Origin: Octopus vulgaris
Lineage: Eukaryota
Direction of reading: 5' to 3'
DNA: 64,000 bases
Assembly: GCA_951406725.2 (NCBI GenBank)
Contig: OX597823.1
Location: 49,848,001 to 49,912,000 of the forward strand
Shown here: positions 51,562 to 64,000 of the stretch, piece by piece
Position numbering within the stretch: the stretch's first letter is position 1
Layout: the number at the start of each line of letters is the position of its first letter
Translations under genes and position numbers: made by a program
Notes under the pieces: model-generated
Seen by the model: only the letters and a program-made list of their open reading frames with translations
What the model was told of the DNA's origin: nothing
The model's database searches: none

Positions 51562-52840
51562 GTCATCCCATAAATAATGTGATTTTTTTACTTCTTTTAT
51601 TTTTCAAAATTAAGATAAACAAGGTTCTTTTTTAATCTAAAATATATTCTCCTTCATTTTCTACAATGCTCTTCCATCTATCTGGTCAACTTGCAAGACC
51701 TCCTCTTCCAAACAATTCATTCATCCATGATGAAAAATACCCCTCCAGTACTGTTCTGCACTCGTCTACAGAATTCACATTTTTTCTGTTCAACTGATTT
51801 CGAAGACTGCAGAATAAATGATAATCAGATAGAGCAATGTCCAGCAAATATGATGTTGGGGCATCATTTCCCATTCAAACTGCCCCATCTTTTGGAATGT
51901 CATCCTTGCTGTATGTGGCCAAGCATTATCCTGATGGAAGAATACCTTTCATCTTGAAACCAAAGATGGTCGTTTTTCTTCTAGTGCTGACTTAAGTTGC
52001 TCAAAGCTGCTTGCAGTAGATCTCCTTTGTTATTGTTTGATTTCAATTTAAAAGTTTAAAGTGGTCTAAACCTTTCATATCCCACCAAATAGATAACAAC
52101 ACCTTACATGGGTGAAGACCTTCTTTAGCATGGGGTCCTGGTGCTTCTCCTTTCCCTACCCACTGTCTTCAGCTCTTGACATTTTTATAGAGAACCCATT
52201 TCTTGTCATCAGTCACTATTCAGTTAAAAAAAAAGGTTCACATAAGAGATGTGACAGCAAAGAAGAGCAGACATTTACTCTCTGCATGTGGTTAAACTTG
52301 AAAAGTTTGCAAGGAACCTATTGACCCAATTTGCTGACTTTTCAAATGGCACACAGGTGTCAATGCAGGGTTGAATGACCAAATCCAAGCTTCTCTGCTA
52401 GTTCCTCAACAGTAATGATGGGATTTTGTTCCACCAGGGTTTGCAGGATGTCCTTGTCAAGCTCTACAGATCTTACAGGATGAGACTCATCCTCTAAGCT
52501 GTAGTTTCTGGCTTGGAATTTCTGAAACCACTGTTGACACTGGCTTACACTTATTGTCTGATCCCCATTTAATATTCCTTGCACTTTCCACAGCATTGTT
52601 GCCTTTATTAAACTTATAAAGCAAAATATGCTAAATATACTCCTTTGACACTTCCTTTATAGCTTTGGAAAAATAACTGTTAAAATCGAACTGCACTTTT
52701 CAAAACTTGCACTTAGAATAAGGACAAAGTAAACTTATTACCTGCTTTTATAGCAAGTTGATGCAGGTAGTTTATCTTATACTCCTGCAACTTTTAGTTC
52801 ATGCAATTGAAAAAACCACATTATTTATGGGATGACCCAA
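51558..52840 (-). mobile_element. Near full-length mariner transposon (about 1.28 kb), transposase pseudogene
   Basis: TIRs TGGGTCATCCCATAAATAATGTG at both ends with TA flanks. Transposase pieces QCQQWFQKFQARNYSLED, VTDDKKWVLYKN, QDNAWPH and YLLDIALSDYHLF (YSPDLAPSDYHLF-like). Confidence 0.93.
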
Positions 52841-53899
52841 TATATTGCTCTATAACTTCTTTTTCAGATTTATGCTTTACTGACGATGTGTGTGTGTGAT
52901 TGTGTTTCCATGTTTGTTGATGTACCTCTCACTTCTCCAAAGGTTGTGACAAACAGTTGATGTTATTGTTGTTTGTTTTCCTGTCAGCAAATCATCCACT
53001 CAGATCTGTGTGGAACAAGAGACCCCTTGCTTGATAAACAGGTAAGGGTCAGTGACATGAAGTTGCAAGACAATTACATAGTTGTCAAACCCATGCAGTC
53101 ATGGAGAAAACTGATGCAAAAACAAATGAATGGATAATTTGTTGATAACAGTATCACCTCTTTAATATATTTAATGCCTGTGCTGGTCCCAATATAAAAC
53201 ACTGGTGTTGGTGCCACATAAAAAAGAACCCAGTACATTCTGTAAAGTGGTTGGCATTAAGAAGGGCAACCAGCTGTAGAAATCATGCTACAATAGACAA
53301 CTGAAGCTTGGTACAGCCTTTTAGTTTGTCAGCTCCTGTCAAACTATCCAACCCATTCCAGCATGGAAAACAGACATTAAATGAAAAAAAAAAAATGAAG
53401 AAAGCTTACTCATCTCATGAATGTTTTTCCCTTCATTGAAATTTAAGATTACACATATAGCTTTATACTTTTTACATATACTTAATACAGTCTCCTTTTG
53501 CAAAGAGAAACAGAAATGTTTTGTTGCCAAGAGAGGTAACAGCTTTATGGACCTCTTCCATCTGTTTCTCATCTATCCTACTATACTTTCAGCACAACTA
53601 CCTTTAGTATTAATTATTCCAGAAAATAGCAGAAACTAACAACCTACTATTTACAGCAAACTGTGTATGCAGTTTATAGACTTTATTTCATCAGTGCCCC
53701 TACTGCTAATGTCTACTAAACATCAGACACATCTAAAATTCCGATTATTTGTCAGTCTGCCAGAGATTCCACTGCACCACATGTATACTGATTGCCGGTA
53801 TTGAGTTCCTACTAATTCTGTTCCTATGTACTGTGCAAGGTTACTTTCTACTTTCCCTCATTGTATATAATATGGGGATCTGATAATAATCCTCTTTAA

Positions 53900-54092
53900 C
53901 CTTTTGGCATTCAGATTACTCTATCAAATGTAATGCTTATGTGTTCGTATTGTTTTGAATTAATCACACATTATCTTGTGGCTTCGGAATTTTAATGGTG
54001 TGTCCGTTTACTTTAGAATGATATTGTAGGGCAAGTGGATCTGGTCAGTTTGAATATTTGGGCCTGATATTGCTGATTTGATTGCTAAAGGG
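53900..54092. mobile_element. piggyBac-type MITE
   Basis: TTAA on both flanks (53896-53899, 54093-54096) with TIRs CCTTTTGGCATT / ATTGCTAAAGGG; the interior is the reverse complement of 61649-61840. Confidence 0.8.
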
Positions 54093-55864
54093 TTAAGCCA
54101 GTATATGCAAAACACACACACGCAGACATGCACACACACAAATTTGCATATACACTTATTTATGCACATCTTTAATTTTTGGGAGGTTTTCTTTTCCGTC
54201 TTCAGCAATTTCATGCAGCTTAAACAACTAATGCTCATGAAATGGCATGACTGTTCAAATATCCCATTGCTTTTTCCTAAAATTCAAGTTTTTTTTTTGA
54301 ACCAAGCAAAAAAAGTAAATAAACATTACTACTACTACTACTACAACTACTGCTACTGCTGCTGCTACTGCTACTACTGCTGCTACTGCTACTACTGCTG
54401 CTACATTGTGACTGAAATAGTTCTTACATTAAATAATTGTTTTTATATTGTTTGTATTGAAATCTTACAAGGGGTGACTTAGCCCTTAATTCTTCAGAGA
54501 TCAACAAAATAACTACCAGTCAACTACTGAGGTTGATATAAATGTCTGTTCTTTCCTCCACTCCTAACTTTACAGCCTAACCGTTATGCTTTGTCTCAGT
54601 TTTCTTCTGACCAGTTCCACTTCTAGTGAAAAGGAAACATTTCACTGGTCAAGCAGTCCATCTGCTGACAACATCCTTTGTATGGGAGATTTGGTATGGT
54701 ATGGTTGTTGATGCACAGGCATATACCAGAGGTTGTGGTATTAACGTAAATTCCGATTGGGTATGGTTGCCCATTGTCAGTGACAGATTTTTTCTACAGT
54801 TTGTTTTTCTGTCAGAGCTGCAGTCTTAAATCAAGCAAAGTTGAAAACTGGGTACTTGTTGTTAGGTGCTCTCAGACTTCTACCAGTTGGGTAATGTAAC
54901 TATTGGGACTTTTAGGTTAGCAATTTATTGAGGATTAGTACCTGGGGAGAGTGGTGACATTTTTAGGAAAATTCTGGTCTATTCCAGAGAACTTTCAGCC
55001 TTGGGCCTATGGATAATTTCCAGATATCTTTAGCTTAATAGGACTGCCAAAAAATATTTACAGTTTATGATAAACTCTACATGCTTCGATGTGCCATCAG
55101 CCATACTTGACCAAAATATATGTAGAACACTGAAACCATTCTGCATCCACTTGTTCAGTGTCCAAGTGTTGTTGTATGTTGGATGGGTCTGACTTTCAAC
55201 TGAATCTACCATTATACTAGAATCACTTTAACTGGCTACTCAGTTCCAACTAATTTATTGCCTAGTGCCTATTTAGGAAATTATTATTTTCATGAGAAAG
55301 TATTTTTGGATTGGTCTTGACTTTCGCCCTACCTTTAATATCTAATATTCAGGAGATTTTCTCTGAAAATCTCAATCAAAACAAATACTGATTATTCAAA
55401 AATTTATTTATATTTTTCTTTCAATACTGAAATCTAATTCTTTTGTAAGATCTACTAAAATGTTTGGAGCAAATTCTTATCTGATCAGAATGTTAGTAAA
55501 ACCTGAAAGTTTTGTTTCTTCATTATTATTACTATTGTATATTTCTTCAAGAAATCATTTCCACTTATTTTAACCGATTATTATTATTTTTAGATTTTGG
55601 ATTTATAAAATATTTTTCTGAAAATATCTACATTGAGAAGTACAAAGTTTTTGTTTCTTTCTTCAATTTTATTTTTAGCAATTATATCATATAACGTTGA
55701 AACAAATGAGATCGCGACAAATAAATTTCTCTTTTAAACGACACTTTATCTATCTTATAGCAAATTATGCAAAGACAAGATTAGTTTGAAAAATGGAAAA
55801 ACAATTTGCTAAACTATTATTAAACGGACAAACGAAAGCTAAGTACAAAGTAATTCATTTTTGA

Positions 55865-55922
55865 TTACGTCAAGATATGTTGTCGATTGCACTAAAAAAC
55901 TACGCATATTCTGATGACGTCA
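55865..55922. promoter_or_regulatory. CRE/ATF sites
   Basis: Perfect palindrome TGACGTCA at 55915-55922 and variant TTACGTCA at 55865-55872, 50 bp apart and just upstream of a candidate start codon. Confidence 0.55.
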
Positions 55923-55942
55923 CTGCTGCAGCTCAAAACATC

Positions 55943-55993
55943 ATGGCCACTCACCACCGACCGTCAGCCGGTCAGGGGAAAAAAAAGGTCCAG
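55943..55993 (+). CDS. Candidate first coding exon of an unidentified gene (MATHHRPSAGQGKKKVQ)
   Basis: Strong Kozak context AACATCATGG, a GC/CpG-rich 17-codon frame and a phase-0 donor CAG|GTTTGT, at the start of the CpG-rich domain. No downstream exon identified. Confidence 0.5.
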
Positions 55994-57101
55994 GTTTGTA
56001 CTTTTCTAGTTACTTTTGAAAGTATAAAGGAGTATGGAAGTGACCAAGAGGCTTTTACCTAACGTTTCAGTAAATCTAAGCGATATTGTACGTCTGGCAA
56101 TACAGTGGGTACCATAAATTAGAGACGTGTTTTCCTCCTTATTTAAGCATATCCCTTCTCTCATTCAATACCGCTCTTTTTTTTTTCTTTCTTGTTGTTG
56201 GGGACCCAATTTGCACATTTAGTAAATACGCTATCTTTTTCCACTGTTGACGAATTAATACTGTATCTTTTCTCACAGTTGACAAAAGAAAATGCATTCT
56301 CAAAAAAGAAACAACAGCCACCTAAATCTAGTCGCGTGAAAGTATTATTCTTTCTCTAAACCATTCTGGTGGATCCTTGTTTTTCTCTTTATTTATACAT
56401 GCACTATCAACTTAGCCAGTCATGTTTTTGTATTTTGCTAAATTATCTGCTCTCTGTTTGAGCCTTCACTTGAATTATATACACTTAAATTTTAAATTTT
56501 TAACGCGAGTAAATCAACAGCAAAACAAACATGCTTCAATTTCATATTGCATTCTATGCGTTATATTTAGAATGTTGGACTTGGAAATATTTAAATATTC
56601 AATATTATTGTCATTATTATCCCATTGGAAATATCCCCGTTAGCTGACTGCTTCCACCACACCAAGGAGACAAATGGCCTGAAAGTAACACAAACTCAAG
56701 CAGGACCTCTTAGAAACACTATTAGAAATCTTAGAGTAAATAAGAAACGAATCAAATAATAGATTTCAATGGGATAATAAAGTCACTTGTCTAATAGTAC
56801 TTGGTATCTCAGCCTGTTATTCCTTTTACTTCTCTATAATACCTTCCCTTTGCTTGCTTATGCTCTTGGCTTAGACACATCCATTATATATATATATACA
56901 TATATATATATAAGATTTCGCACACGGAGGTTCGGTCAGCAAGATATAGAATTTATACAACGTATCCTTAGCTAAAAACTCAGTGATATACTACAGTGAA
57001 GCTGTTGTGGCCCTTTATAGTCTTCCTTCGGTTTCGAACTATTGTTGATTTGCACTTCTGATCTCTCTCTCGCTTTCTCACACACATTTTATTTATTTAT
57101 T

Positions 57102-57164
<63 letters not shown>

Positions 57165-59638
57165 CTTCTTTTTCCTTTCATTACTTCCGTGCTTCTTGCT
57201 ATTATATATAGCCCAGGGAGCAAACTGATGGGAGCAAACTTATAATCAAAGCCATTCTAGTTCAGATCATCCCGTCCCTTCCTTTCATTGGTAATAATTT
57301 GAGGGAGATCTAGGTGCTATCTCTAGCTGGTGAAGCGACTACGTAACAAGCCACCTCGTTGGTTTTGTCGCTTTTTTTTTTTTTGTGTGTGGTTGTCTCT
57401 GTTTTCTTTTGACTCGATGTTATCATTGTTTTATCGCCACCACCACCACCATCGCTATCTCTACTGTTTTATCAGTCTCCCGACTTGTCTGTCCATCCGT
57501 ATCCATCGTTTGTTATACAATATGTCATTAAAGACACAATATTCACATACTGACAAATGTTTTACTAAAATAGTAACAAGCCACCAGACTATATATATAT
57601 ACATACATACATACATACATACATACACGCACACACATAATATAATAGTCAATGTCTTTATTCCTTTTAATCAGTCCCTTATTTCACACTGTTGTCGTCG
57701 TAGTTGAAATAGACAGAAAAAAATTCACCAACACGTTTGTTTGTTATTCTATTTATAGGAATATTTTTATACCATTTCGTTTTAACCTTTACAAATTTTC
57801 TTAGGAGAACTTATTATTCACAGCCCTGTTACTCATTTTCTACTAGTTATTTCCCATGTGTATATCTGTGTTTATTGTGTAGTTCGTGGTCAGTGGTGAT
57901 TAATCGAAACTTGTTTAGGTCCCTAGAGTATCCTTTTTTATTATTTTTTTTTTCCCTTCAAACTCGGGAGAGAGACATTGTGTCCTTCCAGAGTTTTAAA
58001 CAATCTCTGGTATTCGTCGTCGTCGTCATCATCGTCGTCGTTGTTCTTGTTTTTGTTTCGACTTCCTGTTAGGAATTTGACCGATATATTTCGAGCATTT
58101 TAATGTTCTGAATGAATGCGGCTCGTTTGTGTATTCTCCCCACCTTCTTTAAATTGTTTAGTACTATTTTCAGTTTTTAGACATATGCTTCTTACACACA
58201 TATATATAAAAATGAATACACATACACACAGATACAAGCACGCGCACGAACATTTCCACGCATTTTGCACCCTATCTCAAACTACCTTGTTGATTCGAGC
58301 CATCTCACGAGGCCTCTTACATGGTCGATCGACCTCCTAGAAATAGCAGCCGGATCCTCCTCAAATCACAGTACCATCTTGGAAAAAAAAGGGAAGGGAA
58401 AATTGGATAACATATTCCTAGACACCCTTAAAAACGACAGGATGGCCCTGGCTGGTACACGTTTGATTATAAGTCTGCTCATCCGGACTGACCTGGGGTG
58501 GGGGTGGGTTAAACAATAACTACCGTGTTCATTAGTTTCTTTATTAAGAATATTTTAAGAATATTTGTGTAGCTACAATGTCAACATCAGTGTGTAGTGC
58601 GTGGATGCGTATTATTAAGCTGTAATTAGTTTTCTGTTTAATTATTTCGCTTTAAATGATTTTATTTTTGTTCAACGAGCAAAACAGTCCATCTCTGCGT
58701 GTGACCTCGAAATTTGTAATATCTTGTCGGATGAATCATGGTTTTGTTGTTATATTACAGTCGAGACTATAGCGGATCGGACTAAAATGCAATTACACCA
58801 TTTGTCATTGTCCCTCCAGGAACTGAGTTTTCATCGTCTTTGAGAGGAAGAAACAGAATACCAGCTCTATACTGGGGTCTGGAAATCGTTCGTATCCTAC
58901 TATATAGTTGGTCTTGTTGCTCAGAACTCACCATCACCACCGCCGTCATAATTTGTATTGTTATTATTTAAGCCCACTCGATCTGTTTCTAATCGAACAC
59001 TTATAACCAAAGTTGTTCCCAGTCGTGACCATCACATGTTTTTTTGTTGTTTCAGTTTTTTTTTAATAGAAAATTCCATTTTTTTTTATAAGAGGGTATG
59101 GTGTGATTTCAGGAACATTTGGCTGCTATTTCTATTATGTTAAACGACCGCGATGAAGCCTCCTGGTTGTATATGTTAGATACTATTTGATTATCAGAAT
59201 GTTTACATAATCTTTTATGGTTTCTCGCGTTAGATATCTGTTCGCTCTCTTACATAGTGTTGTCTCTGTTTTTTGTTTGTTTATGTTTTTATAAGCAATC
59301 CTCATGTATAAAGCTAATGTCATTTACGTCTCAAATTGATTTTTGACAAGTTTTTCTCCCTCCCTCGCCACCGCATCCTCGATTGTAAACATTTCTAAAC
59401 GCGAACGTGTCCTGTAGTCTTTATTGTTCTTTGTTACTGCTATTAGCATTTCGTTTTTTTTTTTTACGAGACGACGACACTTTAAGAGGAGTCTGCTTTT
59501 CATTGCTTCTCGATGCATATTTATTCTTCTTTATTACTATTATCAGTAATTTTATTGGTGCTATTTTTAAAAAATATCATCATGGATCGACAGAATCGTT
59601 TGAACTGGATAAGGATTTGCGGGGTTTAGTTTAACGTT

Positions 59639-59757
59639 GTGTGTTCAAATTCAACCATTCTTCTGGGGTGGATAAAATAAAGTACCAGTCAAGTACTGTG
59701 TGTTCAAATGCAACCATTCTTCTGGGGTGGATAAAATAAAGTACCAGTCAAGTACTG
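59639..59757 (+). repeat. 59-bp tandem duplication inside a family B SINE
   Basis: GTGTGTTCAAATKCAACCATTCTTCTGGGGTGGATAAAATAAAGTACCAGTCAAGTACT occurs twice with one mismatch. Confidence 0.9.
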
Positions 59758-60886
59758 GGGGTCGATATAATCGAGTTAACTCATACTCCCGAATTTATGG
59801 CCTTGGCCCTATGTAAGAAATTACTCTTTATGGCATTTGATGCTTATTATATTAATATTACACCGGATTGGTAAAAATCGTTAGCGCTTCGAGTAAAAAG
59901 GCCTTGCAGTGTTATGGTCGTTTACGATCGGAGTTCAAATACTGCCGGACTGAACTTGCTCTTTCATCCTTCCGGAGTCGATAAAATAAAGTACTATTGC
60001 GATCGATATAATCGACTATATCCATTCCGCAAATTTGAGCTCTTGTGCTTATGTTAGAAATCAATATTATTGATTAGGAATGAAAAATATAGTATAGAAA
60101 GTGTGAAAAAGAAAGATAAAGAAAGAAAGAAAAAAAAACGCGTTTCTTAAAATAGTTTTCGTATGGGATTTAATGAAACTAAGAAGGGAACTCGACTAAA
60201 TTATTAATAGTTATTTAGCAGCTATACCTCACTAATCAACTATACCTCTTGATGCGAGCATTGGAACTGCTAAAAATAGCAGCCAGATCTCCCTTAAAAC
60301 ACATTCTACCATAGTGTGGTAACGACTGGAATGCTTTTGATCATAGTGTCTGGTTCTCTCAGGACTGATTTGGTGACTAAACACAAACTTGTACATACCT
60401 CAATAATTATTGTAAATTAAGAAAATAATTGTGATTTTTTTTTATGTATGCGATGTGTGTGTTGTTTGATTGGATTGAATACCTTCAATCAGATCTTTAC
60501 TGTTTAAATGGACCCAAAATAGAAATGAGGTAATTATATATATATATATATATATTTGTAAACTGTCCAATGACTTAACTGGCAAAAAACTTTGAAGTCA
60601 CTGTCGATAATATTCTCATTTAAGAATAATAAACTTGTACTCTACAGAAGTTATAAATGAACATAAAAACAAAACATTAACTCACAAAAGCACATTTGTA
60701 TATACTCACATACGCACACACACACTGGCAGCTGCTTATTATAGTCACAGACATGTTATCAGCTGCTTATTATCAAAATTACTGGGTCTCAAACTTTTGC
60801 TTAATGTTACTAGCCAGTTGTTGAAAAGACTTCATCGTAAAGTAATCACAGTAAACAACTTCCACTGTTCTTAGCTCACACATATA

Positions 60887-61205
60887 TCATCATCGTTTAA
60901 CGTCCGTTTTCCATGCTAGCACGAGTTGGACGGTTCAGCTGGGGTCTGGGAAGCCAGAAGGCTGCGCCAGGCCCAGTCTGATCTGGCAGTGTTTCTACAG
61001 CTGGATGCCCTTCCTAACGCCAGCCACTCCGTGAGTGTAGTGGGTGCTTTTTACGTGCCACCTGCACGGGGGCCAGACGAGGCTGGCAACGGCCACAATT
61101 GGATGGTGCTTTTTACGTGCCACTGGCACGAAGGCTAATCGGGGCAGCGCTGGCAACAGCCACGTTCGGATGGTTCTCTTATGTGCCACTGGCACTGGTA
61201 ACACA
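60887..61205 (-). mobile_element. RTE LINE 3' UTR fragment, reverse
   Basis: Close reverse complement of about 26880-27240. A decayed plus-strand RTE piece follows at about 61215-61385. Confidence 0.88.
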
Positions 61206-61648
61206 GCTCTTATTATAAGAGGAACTGAATGTAATGTGCAGGAAAGGTGCACTGGTATGGATATGTGATGTATATGAAGGATGGCACTTGTAAAGAAGCA
61301 CCGAGTAAACCTGTAGAAAACCATAGGAAAATAGCAAAACGATGACTTGGGACCACAAGTGGTAAAATGCTGTGCTGGAAAAGCGCCATCTAGCCTATGG
61401 TTAAATAGGCATAAAATGATGATATATTGAATAGTAAATATATAAATGTTAGCTCCTTGCCCCATCAATTGAAACTAGAATGATACAAAGCTCAAATCTT
61501 GTTCCGGGCAACTGGCTTCTTATTTCAATCTGGTCTACTTGAGAAACTAATGTGGAATTATTCACCCATAACAGACATGTTACTATTCATAAGAAGAATT
61601 CAGCTCAAAGCCAACATTTATGTAGGTGAAGGAGAATCGAAATTTTAA

Positions 61649-61840
61649 CCCTTTGGCATTTAAACCAGCCATGTCTGGCCCAAATATTCTACTTGTTTTA
61701 TGTTCAAACTGGCTGCATCTGGCCCCTCCAACCAACCCTACAATATTCTAAAAATTAACAGCTACCTCATCAAAATCGCAAAACTATGAAATAATACTTG
61801 ATTAATTCAAAACAGTAACAATAATGTGAATGCTAAAGGG
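61649..61840. mobile_element. piggyBac-type MITE
   Basis: TTAA-CCCTTTGGCATT ... AATGCTAAAGGG-TTTA; a second right end lies at about 62010-62056. Confidence 0.8.
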
Positions 61841-63364
61841 TTTAGCATGAAAAAAGGGGCTGGAACAGGTTTTTTGCTGTAGAGGGGAGATATATGACTA
61901 CTTGAGTGGGAGTAATTGAGGTGGGGCTGGAAAGAGGGATAAAGATGGTGGTGATGAGGTGTCAGTGTTGGCCCTCAAGATATAAGGTGAACAAGAGTAA
62001 AAAAAAGAACAATAGCATTACTTTTGAGAGAATAATGGTGAATGCTAAAAGGTTAATCAACCTGTGGGATACAAAACAAACTTGGTTATCACCGAGATTT
62101 GAACTAACAACAGTGAGATATTGGTCTGGATATTGTAAAACTTCCTGTTTAGCATTTTAGTCTCTTTGCCAAACCTAGTAGTAGTGGTGGTAATCTCTTG
62201 TGACACTGTTGACACTAATATGTATGGAGGAAATAGTATTATTGGGGGAGCTGCTTGGCAGTCTCTCTACTTGTTAGAAGAAGCAACCAGATATTCTATT
62301 AATCAATGCCTAGTTTAAAAAAAAAAACACAAAGGAGTCATATTGCATAATGTAGTCCTAGATATTTCTAAAAAGACGGGTATGATCACTGCCGAGATAT
62401 CTTCATTGACCCTTGCTCTGTTTCAATCAGGAATGACCTTGGACTAAACAGTGGGTAGTTATTTTATTAACCATTGCTATATGAAATGCAAAATCAAACC
62501 CACAATATTTAAAGTCAAATCTGTTAGGTTTTGAGTGCAATAAATGCAAATCATCTCCACTGTGTCTCAAACTCGGCACTAATTTCAGTTCTTTATTACT
62601 AATTTACTAACTATAGTTAACTCCACCCTTTGCTTAACAATTACAGTAATGATTTCTAGGTACAAGACCAGAAATATTTCAGGAGTCAGTGGTGATGTAA
62701 TTGCTTCCAGTTGATTAAGTTCACTCAAACAGAATGTGAATGGATATACCTCAGTGCCTTATTTAGTTCATTTTTTTTTACATATGTACATAGTATATGT
62801 AAAAAAAAAATGCAAGAAAAGGTGTTTGTGATAATCATATTGTTTCAAAGAGTCTAACGGATTCTGTGAAGTGAAAGTTTTTTTTTTTTGAGAAAACTAG
62901 TGGACTATTATTTGACTTGCAACCCCTGTTGGAAAATGTAAGTTCTTCCCATTGAAAAATCCCATTTCTAAGTTATTGTTGATGCTCACATTATTCACTA
63001 AATTTGCAGAACGAATATGTAAATGTTTGATTGATTATATTCTCCAGCTAACACAAAGCAGGTGTGAGCAGGTCAATCATCACTTGACATAAACTGCAAG
63101 TTCAAAATGATCATCAGATAAACGTGTTACTCAAGAATAATGACATCATCTTTTCAGCATTGATGCTGTTCTGTCTTTGTGTCTGTTCATTGATACCTAG
63201 AAGATCCTCAAACAAATATTTTCCCTAAATTGTTTCATTTCCACATTTTATGTTTGCTTTCTCTATATTTGCATGGATTTGACTGACTACTCTTCTGGAA
63301 ACCAGCTTTTCAATTAAAATACTTTATTCCACATCTTTGCATAACAAACCATCAGCATAATATA

Positions 63365-63414
<50 letters not shown>

Positions 63415-63559
63415 GTGAATCATAAACAAATGTCCAACTATACTCCTTCTTCTTGACTCCAATTTCTTCAATTTTATATTCACACACAATGAATGCCCAA
63501 ATTTAAACTAGGAAGTATATAATGAAACTACCAATACTATTGGGTAGTTCTGAAGGTGG

Positions 63560-64000
63560 ACGAGCTCTATACTGTACTCTACCATGTTATATTCCTAACA
63601 GAATCTATAGTAGAATTAGAAAAGAAATTCCAGGTATAGAAGCAAAACCTGGAATCAAAGAACCAAGGTTCGAGTAAGCAGGATAATGGGTCCTATTTGA
63701 TATGTACAGGCGTTGGCAGAAATTCAGTGTAGTGTACCCAGTGCCGACTGAGGACATGTAAAGGTGTAATGGGATCACAAGAAGGTTATCAGAGTAAGCA
63801 GACTTTATGTGGCAGATGTACTGGAGCAATATACAATGACACATGGAAAATTTTCTTGAATTCCTTGGAGAATTCTTAGAGGTACTAGATAGTTTTTGTT
63901 ATCTAGGTGATCAAATTAGCAATGGAGGAAGGTGTTCTGAGAGTATAATCACTTGAATAAGAATCGGCTAAGGAAAGTTTAGGGAGTTTTTACCTGTGTC
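63560..64000 (+). mobile_element. Decayed RTE LINE of the PHD-finger-containing family, running off the window end
   Basis: Pieces ESIVELEKKFQV, GVGRNSV*CTQC, CGRCTGAI, LEVLDSFCYLGDQISNGG and GKFREFLP, homologous to 25907-26310. Confidence 0.85.

Larger units (their letters stand above)
55690..60150. promoter_or_regulatory. CpG-retaining (probably unmethylated) promoter / first-intron domain
   Basis: CG dinucleotides are visibly frequent in non-repeat sequence here and scarce in unique sequence elsewhere in the window. Judged by eye, not computed. Confidence 0.6.

Noticed and set aside
53483-53578. Minus-strand open stretch IDEKQMEEVHKAVTSLGNKTFLFLFAKGDCIK as an exon
   Set aside because: The acceptor lacks a pyrimidine tract and the donor is weak; it could equally be a decayed LINE endonuclease fragment.
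62769-62812. T-run / A-run hairpin resembling a terminator
   Set aside because: Low-complexity AT palindrome; intrinsic terminators are not relevant in this eukaryotic context.

Overview
This is an AT-rich, repeat-saturated eukaryotic window. The SINE, LINE and microsatellite repertoire looks like a coleoid cephalopod, most likely Octopus; that is an inference from repeat families, not a database match. I found no complete host protein-coding gene, and almost all ORFs in the supplied track are microsatellite or transposon read-through. The window holds: several tRNA-derived SINE families in many copies, some with clean target-site duplications; 5'-truncated or decayed LINEs (RTE, CR1, and four head-to-tail R4/Dong-type fragments sitting in AAT microsatellites); three mariner relics; Tc1- and piggyBac-type MITEs; a non-autonomous Helitron; and several short elements with Penelope-like direct and inverted repeats. 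One of those elements carries an apparently intact type I hammerhead ribozyme (8190-8247, minus strand) downstream of a tRNA-like B-box, and two others carry degenerate hammerheads. The RTE family at 25.9 kb and 63.6 kb has a C4HC3 PHD-type zinc finger inserted in frame inside its reverse transcriptase. A CpG-retaining block at about 55.7-60.1 kb contains CRE sites and a likely first coding exon (MATHHRPSAGQGKKKVQ) of an unidentified gene. Repeat boundaries were read by eye and are approximate.
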